Positions 1 through 13,365 of a DNA stretch of 64,000 nucleotides are shown here, in pieces. The first letter of the stretch is position 1, and each line of letters opens with the position of its first letter. The DNA comes from Octopus vulgaris. Taxonomy: Eukaryota. Both the position numbers and the translations under genes were made by a program. The notes beneath the pieces are model-generated. The model was not told the origin of the DNA, did no database searches, and saw only the letters and a list, made by a program, of their open reading frames with translations. Location: assembly GCA_951406725.2 (NCBI GenBank), contig OX597815.1, positions 108,686,001 to 108,750,000 on the forward strand. Reading direction: 5' to 3'.

Positions 1-89
1 TCAACTCTCTTTTGAAAAATGATTATGTCCAAAATGTTGGATTCTCCATTCTCCATGCCAAGTTCATTGTATTCTTTTTGGCAATTTTG

Positions 90-91
<2 letters not shown>

Positions 92-130
<39 letters not shown>

Positions 131-152
131 CATACATACATACATACATACA

Positions 153-235
<83 letters not shown>
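92..235. repeat. Compound (AT)n/(ACAT)n microsatellite
   Basis: Perfect di- and tetranucleotide runs, directly visible. Confidence 0.97.
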
Positions 236-239
<4 letters not shown>

Positions 240-328
240 ACAATTTGAGGGAATATTATTCCTAACTTACAAGGAAAAATTCAATTTAGAAATAATAAAT
301 CAGATTTCACAAAATATAATATATATAT

Positions 329-622
329 AAAAATTAGAAAAAAACCCACCTTTTATCAATTCAAAATGAACAGTTAAATTACACCATCTAGAAAATTACG
401 TATAATAGAAATATTAAAAATAAAATAATAATAATATACCGATGATTAAGTAAATTGCAAAATAATAATAAAAACGTATATACCAAATATTGTGCAATTT
501 ACTTAATCATCGGTATATTATTGTTATTTTATTTTTAATATTTCTATTATATGTAATTTTCTAGATGGTGTAATTTAATTGTTCATTTGGAATTGATAAA
601 AGGTGGTTTTTTTTCTAATTTT
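329..622. repeat. Fold-back (palindromic) element, ~135-bp arms, ~23-bp spacer, in (TA)n
   Basis: 329-464 (aaaattagaaaaaaacccaccttttatcaattc...ccgatgattaagtaaattgca) is the near-exact reverse complement of 488-622. Confidence 0.9.
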
Positions 623-645
623 CATATATATATATATATATGCAT

Positions 646-948
646 GGAGGCGCAATGGCCCAGTGGTTAGGGCAGTGGACTCATGGTTGGAGGATCGCGG
701 TTTCGATTCTCAGACCAGGCATTGTGTGTGTTTATTGAGCGAAAACACCTAAAGTACCACGAGGCTCCAGCAGGGGTTGGTGGCAATCCCTGTTGTACTC
801 TTTCGCCCCAACTTTCTCTCACTCTTTCTTCCTGTTTCTTGGGTAATGTTGCGATAGACTGGCATGCCGTCCAGCTGAAGGGAACATATACGCCACAGAA
901 ACCGGGCCCATGAGCCTGGCTAGGCTTGAAAAGGGTGAAGAAGAAGAA
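646..948 (+). mobile_element. tRNA-derived SINE (possible V-domain-like core)
   Basis: Pol III A box TGGCCCAGTGG (656-666) and B box GGTTTCGATTC (699-709); internal gcgatagactggcatgccgtccag resembles the V-SINE core; short (GAA)n tail; (TA)n on both sides. Confidence 0.75.
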
Positions 949-1574
949 TATATATATGCACGTGCATGAACACACATGTGCACACACACACATGCACTCC
1001 CATTCATTCTAACTCTCTACCTCTCATAACATCACATAATCTCTTGTATCCCAATAATTTAGGTTACTTGTACTAAATGCCTGCATGTATCACAGGAACT
1101 GCAAAATATTTAAATTAAAATGCCCTTATTACAAGAATGTTAACATGGGATTTCAGTAGATCAATATTTATCTTTGGTTATGTTCCAAATAACAGCCTAA
1201 AATATAAATAAATAACTATAAGGGTAAAATAAATAATTATACATGCCATCATATAATGTGTGTGTGTGCTTGCACATGTATGTGTGCATATGTGCATGTG
1301 TGTGCACGTGTGCATATGCATGCATGTGTGTGTGCATGCATGTGTGTGAGTGTGTGCATGCGTTTGTGTGTTTGTGTATGTGTGTGAGTTTGTGTATGTG
1401 TATTAATGTTTGTTTTTATAATGTGCTACGTTAAAAACAATTTTACATTAACCTAGAGGATTCCTCAATACCATTTTTAGTGAAAATATTCATTGTAAAT
1501 AGACGGTGGTGCTCCAGCATGACCACAGCTGCATGACTGAAAAGAATAAAAGAATATATATATGTGTATGTAAC

Positions 1575-1772
1575 CACATGTGAATCGTTGGTGATTTTCT
1601 TTCCTCTGTCTTCCTTTCCTATTGGACTTTCCTATATCTCCTGCTTCTGAAGAAGAGCTTTGCTCGAAATGTAAAACCACCTTTCTTTTTTTCCCTGAGT
1701 GTCTGCTAATACTTTACACGTACCACATCCTTGCACTGTTGTTTTTTGTGTTTGTTCTTCATTTTGGGGATT
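1575..1772 (+). mobile_element. Short Penelope-type pLTR repeat (family P1) with hammerhead motif
   Basis: CTGAAGA-A-GAGC-ttt-GCTC-GAAA-T-GTA-AAAC at 1647-1677; homologous copies at ~22998-23175 and ~41860-42052; ends in (TA)n. Confidence 0.65.
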
Positions 1773-1909
1773 TATATATATATATGTGTGTGTGTGTGTG
1801 TATGTATTACGTATGTATGTATGTATGTATATATGTATGTATTGATAGATAGTTAGATAGATAGATGGACAGATGTCATATAGATATACATTATATATAT
1901 GTAACAATC

Positions 1910-2290
1910 AAGCACAGCAACCAGCATCATGTTAAACAGAGAGAGACTTGATGAAGAAGATACCATCAAGTACATAAAACCCACTTTGACCAAGGATGGC
2001 AGATCTCAAAAGGCGACAACAACAAGATGCATTTTAACCTCTGCTGCTATGAAAAAGTTGAACATATGGAAAGCCAATTCCATTGGTTTTCCAACAAGAC
2101 ACAGTGTACAAGACCTTGGTTGCTTTGGTCCATCTGTATAAGATAAGTGTGAGAGGTGCATCCTTAGAGAAAGCCAGCTGACATGGAACAAAGAAATCAG
2201 CATTTGGGCACAAGTGCTATTACATATCCCATACAAAAAGCTCAAAATGAACAGCATTGTCAGGCAGACAGGAACTGCTCTTAACCTATT
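1910..2290 (+). mobile_element. Degenerate RTE-clade LINE fragment (post-RT region)
   Basis: KYIKPTLTKDGRSQK...AMKKLNIWKANSIGFPT resembles RTE KYLGS.LT.DG...A...L..IWK...IS..TK; frameshifted. Confidence 0.6.
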
Positions 2291-2389
2291 CTGATTCTCA
2301 TCATATCTCATACTTTGAGCTCCTTGTCCCATCACTCATAGCTGAATCCTTACCTCCCACCCGGTTTTGTAGTTCTTTGAGCTGCATGG

Positions 2390-2582
2390 CAACCTTAATA
2401 GTGCTGATGGCTTGATAAAAGCACCCAGTATGAACTGAAAAGTGGTTGGTGTTAGCAAGGGCATCCAGCTATAGAAACCATGTCAAAGCAGTCACTGGAG
2501 TATGATTCTGTCCTTGGACCCATTAGATCCTGTTAACCCATTCAACCTATGTCAGCAAGAAGCATGTACATTAATTGAGGAT
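2390..2582 (+). mobile_element. RTE-3'-end-type repeat, degenerate copy
   Basis: gtggttggtgttagcaagggcatccagct...aacccattcaacctatgtcagc, shared with copies at 31.2, 38.3, 39.4, 40.3, 42.4, 49.1 and 49.8 kb. Confidence 0.65.
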
Positions 2583-2818
2583 AATCTTTTGTTTTTTTAT
2601 CTTTTACTTGTTTCAGTCATTTGAGTGTGGCCATACTGGGGCATTGCTTGGAATTTTTAATTGAATGAATCAACCTTAGTATTTCTTTTTTACTTATTCT
2701 ATTAATCTCTTTCACTGAACCCCTATGTTATAGGGACACAAACACACCAACACCAGTCTTCAAGCAGTGGTAGAGGAGAAACACAGACACAAAGATGCAC
2801 ACACATAGATATACATAC

Positions 2819-2901
<83 letters not shown>

Positions 2902-3152
2902 CACACATATACACACACACACATTCATATATATATATATTATTTTCTTGTTTGGAACTCTCCTGCATCACACAATAGTGAAGAGATGACACAATATCAG
3001 TAAAGAAATTTGAGAAATTTGAAAAGAAAATACGAAACTTGTTAGTTCTCCAAAAACAATGTCACTACACACAAAATTTTATAACATTTTCCTAACATGA
3101 CGATTTAACCATATAATACAAATCTTCTGTAGTTTTTTCATTCTATTTTACT

Positions 3153-4014
3153 CCTCGCGGTAGTATAGAGGATCTTCGTCGATGCCTCCACCAAATTTGG
3201 AAGTGGTCTAACGATTGGGACCTGTGTCTGAACGTGTCAAAGTGCTGTCATCTGCCTGTCGGCTCTACTCCTGCAACTCAACTTGATTTCGAGCCGGGTC
3301 GTCTGCTGCTGGAGAGGACCGATCAGGTAAAGGACCTGGGTATCTTGGTGGATTCCTCCTTTTCGCCTTCGGCCCAGTGTGTCCATGCTGCCAACAAAGC
3401 ACGCGGAATTCTGTTTTTGATTCGACGGTCATTCGGAATGCTCACAGCAGCCATATTCCTGCCACTCTATGTCACGCTGGTGAGACCCATATTGGAGTAT
3501 GGGATTCAAGCCTTTTCTCCTTATCTCCTCAAAGACATACAGCACCTCGAAAGAGTCCAGAGGCTGGCTACCCGCATGGTTCATGGTCTCAAAAATTTGT
3601 CCTACGAAGAAAGGCTGAGGACGCTCGACCTTTATTCTCTTGAAAAACGCCGCCGCCGTGGTGATCTCATTCTCGCCCACAACATCATAAGCGGGAAGTG
3701 TAACCTCTCGAAAGAGCTGTTCTTCACTCCTGCTCCGGAGCGTCGGCTGCGGGGTCATTCCGAAAAGCTCTACCTGCGACGATTTCATCTCAATCAAAGG
3801 AGAGGAGCTTTCTCCATCCGGGTTGCGGATCCGTGGAACAAGCTGCCAGACGAGATGGTGAAGATGCCGACGACCGCTTTGTTCAAAGCCTCCCTGGACC
3901 TCAAGTGGCCTGAACTCTTTACATGAACACCACCCTGTACTTAACTCCATGTCCCCCTACATGGCCTTGCTATTTGCTTTTGAGCCAAATTAACTAACTA
4001 ACTAACTAACTAAC
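3153..4014 (+). mobile_element. 5'-truncated CR1-clade LINE (RT C-terminus plus 3' UTR), young copy
   Basis: Open frame 3153-3926 with VKDLGILVD, LYVTLVRPILEY, LERVQRLATR, LSYEERL..L.LYSLEKRRRRGDLI, FSIRV..WNKLP; (ACTA)n tail at ~3990-4014; GC- and CpG-rich relative to flanks. Confidence 0.93.
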
Positions 4015-4142
4015 ACATGCGTGTATATATATACATGTAGAGGTAGGTACGTACATATATGTTTATATATATGCATATGTTTTATTTCATTTATTAATAT
4101 ATATATATATATATATATATTCATAATATATATATGTATATA

Positions 4143-4190
<48 letters not shown>

Positions 4191-4254
4191 CATATGTACA
4201 ACAGGCTTCACAGTGGGACTGATGCCAGAACCATGTGGCTGGGCAGCAAGCATT

Positions 4255-4480
4255 TTATTTCTTTATTGCTCATAAGGGGATAACATAGAGGGAACAAACA
4301 AGGACAGAGAAAGGGATTAAGTCGATTATTTCGACCATAGTGCATAACTGGTACTTAATTTATCGACCCCGAAAGGATGAAAGGCAAAGTCGACCTTGCC
4401 AGAATTTGAACTCAGAGCGTAATAACAGATGAAATGAAATACCGCTAAGCATTTGGCCCGGAGTTTCTGCCAGAATCTTG
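4255..4480 (-). mobile_element. Nin-domain-type SINE (family B)
   Basis: Reverse complement contains ctgagttcaaattc (B-box-like) and gtcgactttgcctttcatcctttcggggtcgataaattaagtacc. Confidence 0.8.
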
Positions 4481-5875
4481 CCACACAGCCACACCTGTGA
4501 TGATACAAATATAACATTGTCATCATCATCATCATTATTACTGTCATGTAAAGTTTGTGCCCTGATGCTGGTATGGGTTGGCTGGTTCAACACGATCCAA
4601 CAAGCCTGAGGGCTGCATCAAACTTCAATGTCAGCTTTGACATGGTTTCAACAACTGGATGTCTTCTTTACGTCAACAACTTTACATCATGTACTGGATG
4701 CTTTATCATAGCACCAGCACTTGCAAGACAAGCATCCTCAACTGAGCAGGTATATAGTAGATGTGGAAGTGACTTTAGCTAGGTACTGAAATGCTAAAAT
4801 ATGATTGAGGGACAGGATTGGGTTTCTTGCTGTAGAGGAGATACATGGTTGCTGCTATTGGAAACAGAGATGAAGTAGTAATTGGGTGTCAGAATACCCT
4901 CAAAGCACAAAAATGTGAATTTAATGAAGAATAGTCACAGGGTATCATGTATCAGAAAAGGTGGGTAAATTCATGAGGCTTTGGAAAAAAAGTGACAGTT
5001 GGTTAGAGATAGGGTTAGAAGTGAATGAAGGGAATAGGGAATAAGGGTGGAGGCATGGTCGATGGTGAATATTAGTTTAGTTGGGGGAAGGTGAAAGAAA
5101 TAAGAATGGGTCAGGAAGGAAGAAATGATAAGTGGCAGTACAAAAAGTGGGTGTAGAATAGCAGTATAATGTAATCTATAGTTAAAATTGTAGAAATAAG
5201 CAGATGATGTGAAGTGGAAAGAGGTGAGAAAGAGGAATGTGACACAGATAAAAGTCAAAGGTGTGAGGTATGTAAGAGTATGTATGTATGTATGTATGTA
5301 TGTATGACCATGAGTGTACGTATGTCTATATGTGTGTGAAACACATATAGATAATACATATATTACATGCATAATATATATTATGTGTATATATGTATGT
5401 ATTATAATGTATAACACGTGTGTGTATGTATGTATGTATTTATCATTTATTATATACACATATACATGCATTTATACATACATATCCATCTATCTGTTTG
5501 TATGTGTGTGTGTGTGTATATTATGATTCTTAAGCTGGCTGCTGGTTGGAACACAGCCAAAGTTAAATGTTTCACAACTGAAGTTTCATGTTATTGTTAT
5601 TATAATATTGGGAAGGAATTGGTGATTTGGTAGAACCATCTGAGCATCGGAAGAAATGCCTCATAATATTTTATCTGTTTCTTTACATTTTGGAGTCGAT
5701 AAAATAAATTCAATCAAATGCTGGAATTGATGATACTGAGTAACCTCTTTCACCTAAAACTTGTTGGCAATGTTCCTAAATTAGAAATAATTATTTATCT
5801 AAAAAGAATATTTCAATTAATATTTTAATATAGATAGGAACTCTTTAATATTTGTAATATTAAATAGATTGCTTT

Positions 5876-6095
5876 GGGCAGCAAGCTGGTAGAATCATTA
5901 GCAGACTGGAAAAAAATGTGAAGTGGCATTATGTTTGTCTTTGCATTCTGAGCTCAAATTCTGCCAAGGTCGACTTTGCCTTTCATCCTTTTGGAGTCAG
6001 TAAAGTAAATACCAGTCAAGCACTGGGGTCAATGTAATCAATTTCCCCCCTCCCCCGAAATTGCTGGCGTTGTGTCAAAATTTGAATCCAATATT
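5876..6095 (+). mobile_element. Nin-domain-type SINE (family B)
   Basis: ggcagcaagctggtagaa...gagctcaaattctgccaaggtcgactttgcctttcatcc; a more decayed copy lies at ~5620-5795. Confidence 0.78.
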
Positions 6096-6949
6096 AAATA
6101 ATCTGGTAATTAAAGGACTAAACCCATGTATATGCACACAACTGCACACACAAACACATACACTATGCAAAATGGTGTTGAATTCTTGATAAGTTCTTCA
6201 CCAAGTTTTTTTCGACATTTTTTCGAAAGGAATCTGAACTTTAGAATTATGATATCCTTTACATTTACAGCTTAAGGTGCATTGAGTGGGAGTATTACAT
6301 GCTTACACACTAGGGTTTTTTCAAAAAAATCTGATGAGTGATTTTGATATTGATTATGAAATCATTTCTGCTAAATTGTATGATGGACAATTGCATATTT
6401 TGGTCAACTTCATAATTTTTCAAACCACAAAACAGCTTACTTACATAAAATTGATTAAATAACTGCATTAACTAATAATGCAAATTTCAGCTAATTGAAT
6501 AAGATCTTCCTTCTTTAGCTTAAAATAAGCATGTATTTGATATGAATAAGGTGATTCAGGAAGCTTTTATTTTCATAGGATAAAATTGCAGTAGTCAGTT
6601 TAAAACTGATGCCATAGGTATCTTAAACTTAGCATTCTATTAAAACTATTCATATCTAAGATACTTTATAAAAATTAACTCCATTACTTGACTAACTCAT
6701 TGTTTTATCCATACAGAAAAATGAAAGGCAAAATTGCTCTCAATGATATTTGAAGTCAGACTATAAAACAACAATATTCAAATTATTTTCAGCCTTTAAA
6801 AGAATTAAAGGTTAGTAAAGCTCAGAGTTTTGTGTATTTTTATCTTATGTTTTAGTGTGTAATAAAATCCTTTATTAAATAAAATCATGTAGATAAAATT
6901 TGTAGAAGCTAACTTTGTAAGAACAGATGCTATATTGTTTTTATGTGTT

Positions 6950-7900
6950 GCATTAGTCTGCAAACGTGTTGCAAATGTCTGCAAATGATTTGATTTAAGC
7001 TTTCTTAATTTTCATGACACTGGTTATTATTGAATAATCCAAAGTCATTACTGGGATGTATGAATCTTGCTAAATTGTGCAATTCAAGAATACCAAAGAG
7101 ATTTGGAAAGACTAAAAGGAAATTGGACTGAAAAGTTCTTGTTGTGCACACCTCTTTCCCAACCTATACACTGATTCTTACCCCTCTAATTCTATACAAA
7201 ATAATTCAAACAGTCTCTTGTTTTCAAATCTACAACCTACTGGAATTCCTGCATTCTAGATATTGGCATACAGAAGTTCAGGTACCTCATCCATATCAAT
7301 TTACTTGTTCATGAACTCCTACAAAATTATAGGTTAATATCTGTCTTTATATTATTCTGGATCACCATCATGACTATCATAAAAGATATTAGGTAAATCT
7401 ATGAGATCTATCATCTTTAAATCTTAATAATTTGGTAAAATCATAAATAGAAATTATTGTAAGATTTGTAAAATATACACATATGTGGAGTGTTAGAAAA
7501 AGAAAATTTGCATGCTGCATAAGGTGTGCATAGAGAAAACAAGTTCAAAATTTACTGAAACATATATATATAGTGAATATACCTTCTAGTAGGTAAAAGG
7601 TTTGAAAAATATTTTAATAACTATATCGATGGAAACCATCTATACTCTGCCAACATAAGCTGGACAAACATGATGGATCAATCAAGAATATTGGTATGTA
7701 AATTGTACAAACCTCCTAGAAAGACACAATATTATGACAGTTGGCTGAATCAATCATCATATAAGAGTACAAACATAAATATTAATTGTAAATCAAACTT
7801 TTGGTCGAATCTTAATTGATTAAAAAATCCTTTTACTCTCTTCATTAAGTATGTCAACTCCCAATTAAATATATATTCTTCATTCAAAAGGAAATTCTCC
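6950..7900 (-). pseudogene. Highly decayed Penelope-like reverse transcriptase
   Basis: Motif remnants in the expected order on the minus strand: IKIRP, LHTNI (cf. LYTNI), GTCF..P, LLRFKDD (cf. FRY.DD), VHNKNF..QFPF..GI..LARF..NDF (thumb). Many stops and frameshifts. Confidence 0.4.
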
Positions 7901-9019
7901 TCAATCATCCTCTTTATTTGTCTAATCAGTGAACTTTTTCTTATCTTAAAATCTTCCTTCTCTCATTTCACTTTGGATCTGATAAGTTCAGGTTAGACTA
8001 TATTTAGTTGGCATGATCTAATAAGACTGAAACATATACAAAGCTGTTGTCCTTACATTTCTTCAAAAGTATTATTATGAAAGCTAATGATTTGTTTTTC
8101 ACAACAGGTGCAGTCTTAATTAAAAAAAAAAAATCTTACGGCTCACTTCTAAAATATTTTAGAGCCCACTTAACTACTGCTTTCAAAATGGAGGAAAATA
8201 GAACTATAATGATTCCCCCCATTATTGGTGATGTTACATCAAGTGAGAGAGATTATGTTCCTTTTGATAATTTATTTTGGAACAGATTATAACAACTCCT
8301 TTTTTATATTTCTTTATATATCCTTGCAAATAATAACTCATAAAGCAGGCTTCTATTGAAAGCAATCACAATCAATGATCTCTCATATTAAAAGAAGCAG
8401 ATGCAAAAAAACTATAACTCATGAGGAGTAATTGGGTTTGTCTGGGCAATTCTAGGCTGCAGGCAATTTTACATTTAGAATATCTCAAAATTATTTCAAA
8501 AACTGAGTTTGCACTTTTTTGTTCCACTAAAAATGTAGTTGTATTTAAAATATTCAAAGAAGTATTAAAAAGTAACTTTAACTGAGATATCTTTTTTCTG
8601 GTAAATTTCATTATTTTCATTTAGAGTATGAAATAGTTTTGCTTTCCTTTTTTTGTTTTATTTCTGTTTTATGGTTTTTCCAGAATTGATAAACAAAGAG
8701 TAAAATTCAACATGAAATTTATCTGCAAGATATAACTTGTACTGTATTAGCATTTCTATGTGTGTGTGTGAGTGTTGAGGACGAACGAAAAAAACACTAA
8801 TATATTTTGAAATGTTGTCATAACACAGTTCACTAAACTGAAAATTAATTTGGCTTCTATATAGCAAAAACATAGTAAAATGTGTCAACTTCACATCATT
8901 CGTGGTAAAAGTGCACTTCTTAAATGATCTATTGTCTATAAGTTTTAATGTTTACAACACAACTAACTGCTGTGTTGTACAATCATTATCTTCTTTATCT
9001 AAATGTATTTCTTTTTATT

Positions 9020-9400
9020 TGTATCTTTTAAATGTTTCAATCATTAGACTGTGACCATGCTGGGGCACAGCCTTGAGGAATTATAGCCGAATGAATCATC
9101 TCCAGGACTTATTTTTCAAAGCTTGGTACTTATTTTATCTGTCTTTTTTGCTGAACCACTAGGTTACAGGGACATAAACACACTGACATTAGTTGTCAAG
9201 TGGTGGTAGGGGACCTTCACAGACACACATACATACATACGACAGGCTTCTTTCAGTTTCCATCAACCAAATCCACTCACAAGGCTTTGATCAGCTGAAG
9301 GCTATAGTAGAAGACACTTGCTCAAGGTGCCACATCATGGGACTGAATTTGGAACAATGTGGTTGGGAAGTAAACTTCTTAATACACAGCCATACCTATC
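9020..9400 (-). mobile_element. SINE family A
   Basis: Same bipartite sequence as the 39700-40110 copy, with a short internal (CA)/(CATA) tract. Confidence 0.85.
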
Positions 9401-9457
9401 AGAAATTTGCTTGTATCTGTTGCATGTATGGCTTGTTCAGAATATTTGCATATGTAA

Positions 9458-9672
9458 GGCAGCGAGCTGGCAGAAACATTAGCATGCTGGGCGAACTGCT
9501 TAGCAGTAGTTGGTCTGTTTTTATATTCTGAATTCAAATTCCGCCATGGACGACTTTGCCTTTCATCCATTAGGAGTTGATAAATTAAGCACCAGTTGCA
9601 TACTGAGGTGGATCTAATCAACTAACTCCCTCCCCAAAACTTTCGAGCCTAGTGCCTAGAATAGAAAAGAAT
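9458..9672 (+). mobile_element. Nin-domain-type SINE (family B)
   Basis: ggcagcgagctggcagaaac...gactttgcctttcatcc...tagaaaagaa, full length. Confidence 0.82.
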
Positions 9673-9847
9673 ATTTACTTATGTATCCATCTAACTCTGA
9701 ATTTTTTCTTTACCCAGGGTATAAAAACCCTGGTTATAAAATGGTATTTAAAGTTTATGATGACGATTTTGTTCAATAACTAGATATCTATTTTCTAAAC
9801 AGTTACATAGATACTAGTTAAATTATTATATTGTTTACTTCACTTCA

Positions 9848-10725
9848 TATGGTATCAAAAAGTTCCCAGACTTGTTATGTTTAATAAAAACAATTTGTTT
9901 ACCTAAGTTTTAACATTATCTCCTTTGAAACAGTCACCTTATGCAACAATACACAAATCCCAGCATTCTTACCACTTTTGGAATCTGGCCTGGAAGTTAT
10001 TTTCCATAAGTGAGGGCCTTCTGCGATTCAGGTCTGGATCTTGATAGTGGTGTAAAAATGGTAACCTTTGAGCTGCATTTTCAACTTGGGGAAGAAATGG
10101 AAGTCTGCAAATGCTAAATCTAGTGAATAGGAAGGTGCAGAGGTGATACCATGTTGTTTTTGGCCAGAAACTCACGAGTGAGACGAGCTGAGTGACAGGG
10201 TGCATTGTCATCAGGAAGAATCCAGTTGTTCTCGCTCCACAAATCCAGTCATTTTTCTGAATGCCCTCCATTTAATACTTCAAAACATCACAGTAGAACT
10301 CTTGATTGATGGTCTGGCCCTGGGGGATGAATTCTCTATGCACAATACCACATTTCTGGGAAGGACACTTGTCAGAGGTCTTCCAGATCACTAATTGTCT
10401 TCTGCTTTTGCAACTTGCCACTTGAAACATTGCATACAACCCATTACCTTTTTGTTGTAAGCTTGCTGAAACATGCTCAATGTCTCTGTAGCAGACTTCT
10501 AAGTTTAATGCAAAATTTCATTTTGGCTCTTTGTTCCTGTCCTTGACAAAATCACAGACTACAGCATACAAGTGATCACAAAAACACAAATTTCACAACC
10601 TGTGAATGTTGCTTAGCACACTCCCTCATGAAGGTTGTTGCTAGCTCTCACTGTGCATGCAGCTATGAGTTGCCATTTACTGGTATGCTACAGAATCGGT
10701 CTGAGAACTTTTTGATAATACCTCG
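9848..10725 (-). mobile_element. Internally deleted mariner transposon
   Basis: Imperfect TIRs (tatcaaaaagttcccagac / gtctgagaactttttgata..cctcg|TA); minus-strand remnants EQRAKMKFCIKL..SATETLSMFQQAY and DDNAPCH; frameshifted. Confidence 0.82.
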
Positions 10726-12065
10726 TACTGGAAATAGTTGCCTAACTTGAGAATGAAGGGAGAAGTGTTTCCAAGGATACTATGATCTTCATTTTTCTAT
10801 TTTGGTCTTAACAAACTTGAAAGCTTCAAGTAATGTAATGCAGCTCTACTAAAAATTACAGCTCATTGAAACATAAAGGAGGAGCTTGTTTGTGGTTCTT
10901 CAACCTGCAAGAATATAGCAGTCACATCTTCAAATTATACTATATTCAAAATGAAAGGATTTACTATACAACAGAGACTTCATCAGGAAAGAAGCTTTGG
11001 GATAATCCTGGCAAAAATGATTTTTGATCATCGGTCTGCTTGATCAGAGCTGATCAGGGGATGGGTATGATGACAACAGCAACAACCATGGCATACCTTC
11101 ATTAATTCATTCAAAATACAGTTTAAAATTACAATAGAAACAGATCTTTGTGGGTTCTATATTTTCAAGCAATATTTGACAATGCCATCTTAGATATATG
11201 TTTCACATGTTTTACCTTCACATTTCCTGCAAAATATCCTGACTTCAAGTTAATCTTGTATAATTGTCTGTTTAAGACTAATTCATATTCTGTAATTAAA
11301 GCCATTTCCTTCAAAGTTGGATTTTTTTTTTGTGATAGTCTTCTAAATATTGCATATATATTATGCTAAAAAGTGTTTCTATATTCTCCATAGAAAAGTA
11401 CATTTTTTTAATATTTCATCAAATTAAGAACTTCCAAGTTAGTTACATAAATTTTTCTTTGAGACCTAGAATTTCTTTCTGAGTAATGCACTGACACAAC
11501 CTGAAGCAAGCATTATTGTTTTTCACATTCTATTGATTATCAGTATAAAAACATTTAACTGATGCAAGTCATTGACAGTATTACACTGATAACTACATCA
11601 TTTCAGCAAATACATGAACAAAACCTTAAAAAAAAAAATAAAATCAACATTTTACAAAGCAAAATACCATTACTTTCATTTACAATAATGTCTAGTAGGA
11701 GGCAATACACACATCACTTACCACATTCTGCAAAACAACATGCTTAATTTGCTCAACAAATTCAACACATATTTTTAGCTACTCTAATTTTCTGGACGCA
11801 TAACCTATTTTCACGTGTAATGTATTTCTATGTGCAATCATGGATATTTGAAGAGAGAATATTGAAGAATTCATGAAAATAGCAGGCAGTACATTGTCAA
11901 TCGATACTTTCACTTGTTTTGGCTTCTTTGCACTTACTAAACTTTAATCTAGTTTTTCTGGTAGTGTTTGATTCCATTACAACGTAATTTATTCCACTGC
12001 CTTGTTGAATATTTTTCATGATTTGCATGCTGTCAGTGGATGAACTTTCTGATTGAACAGCGTCT

Positions 12066-12147
12066 TTAAGTAGTCAGTCGCCCATGCATATCATTATTTT
12101 CCTCAGTAGAATCAAAACTAACTTCGTCTTCTGCACTTAGAGGCATA
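12066..12147 (-). CDS. Candidate terminal coding exon of an unidentified host gene: (x)MPLSAEDEVSFDSTEENNDMHGRLTT*
   Basis: Acceptor ttcttaatttctgtttag on the minus strand, 27 codons ending in TAA, then ~1 kb of repeat-free UTR-like DNA with AATAAA near 11990. No homology recognised. Confidence 0.35.
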
Positions 12148-12669
12148 CTAAACAGAAATTAAGAACTCTGTAGCAGCCCTTCATCTCAGTTTCAACCAGA
12201 TCATAGAACAGAAAAACTGAATGAAAATGTTTGGAGTACAACTGATGCATGATTATCTTCAAGTGCAAACTAGGAAAACTTTGGTTACAATACATACTTT
12301 AAACATCTCAGTTTATCTAAAGTAAATTATAATTAGTGCATTTATAATCAATAAATTATAATCCCACTTCTTCAATATACACCTATATTTTGGGGCATCT
12401 TATTTTGTGCTTGTTCATTTCCAACCTTTCATGAAAAACATATCTGGCCATGGCAAAATATTATCTTGCTTGGAAACAAGTGAAGGTTGGCAACAAGGAG
12501 GGCATCAAGCCATAGAAAGTTTGCCTCAACAAATTCTGTCCAACGTATGCAAGCATGAAAATGTGAACATCATATTGAGGATAATGATGTTTATATAGAC
12601 ACACATTGAGACAATCAGAAAGAAGTATTAGGATAATGTATAGCATCAACATATTTATTTATTCTTTTT

Positions 12670-12878
12670 TTTCTTTTTCTTTATTATTTGTTTCAGTCAT
12701 TTGACTGTGGCCATGCTGGAGCACTGCCTTTAGTCAAACAAATCGACCCCAGGACTTATTCTTTGTAAGCCTAGTACTTATTCTATTGTTCTCTTTTGCC
12801 GAACCGCTAAGTTATGGGGATGTAAACACACCAACATCGGTTGCCAAGTGATGGTGGGGGAACAAACACAGACACACA

Positions 12879-12936
<58 letters not shown>

Positions 12937-13097
12937 CAATGGGCTTCTTTCAGTTTCTGCCTACGAAATCCACTCACAAGGCTTTGGTCAGCCCAAGGCT
13001 CTAGTAGAAGACAGTTGCCCAAGGTGCCATGCAGTGGGACTGAACCCAGAACCATGTATTTGGTAAGCAAGCTACTTACCCGACAGCTACTCCTGTG
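12670..13097 (-). mobile_element. SINE family A (tRNA head, CORE-like ccttgggcaa, internal (TA)n)
   Basis: Full-length match to the other copies; B box GGTTCAGTCCC on the minus strand. Confidence 0.88.
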
Positions 13098-13129
13098 TCT
13101 ATCAAAAAAGACTCAAAAGTTCTTTCTGA

Positions 13130-13365
13130 TCTAGAGGCTCATTAGGCTAGTTTCTAGGATTCTGTGGTATATATATATCTCCCCTACATTGGACATGATG
13201 CTAGTCTGTCCCAAGGTTACTCATTTACAGCTGAGTGAACTGGAGCAATGTGAAATGAAGTGTATCACTCAAGAACACAACACGTTGCCCAGTCCAGGAA
13301 TCAAAATCACAATCTTATAATCATGAATGTGGCACCCTAACTACTAGGTCATGCACATCCACATG
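13130..13365 (-). mobile_element. tRNA-derived SINE related to family D
   Basis: acagctgagtgaactggagcaatgtgaaatgaagtg..ctcaagaacacaac shared with 53870-54205 and 59432-59745. Confidence 0.65.

Larger units (their letters stand above)
2590..4500 (-). mobile_element. SINE family A copy split by nested insertions
   Basis: 3' half at 2590-2810, remnant of 5' half at 4200-4250, head end gccacacagccacacct at ~4480-4497; interrupted by a CR1 LINE and a Nin-type SINE. Confidence 0.6.

Noticed and set aside
646-720. tRNA gene (here and at other SINE heads)
   Set aside because: A and B boxes are present but there is no complete cloverleaf, and the sequence continues into a SINE body.
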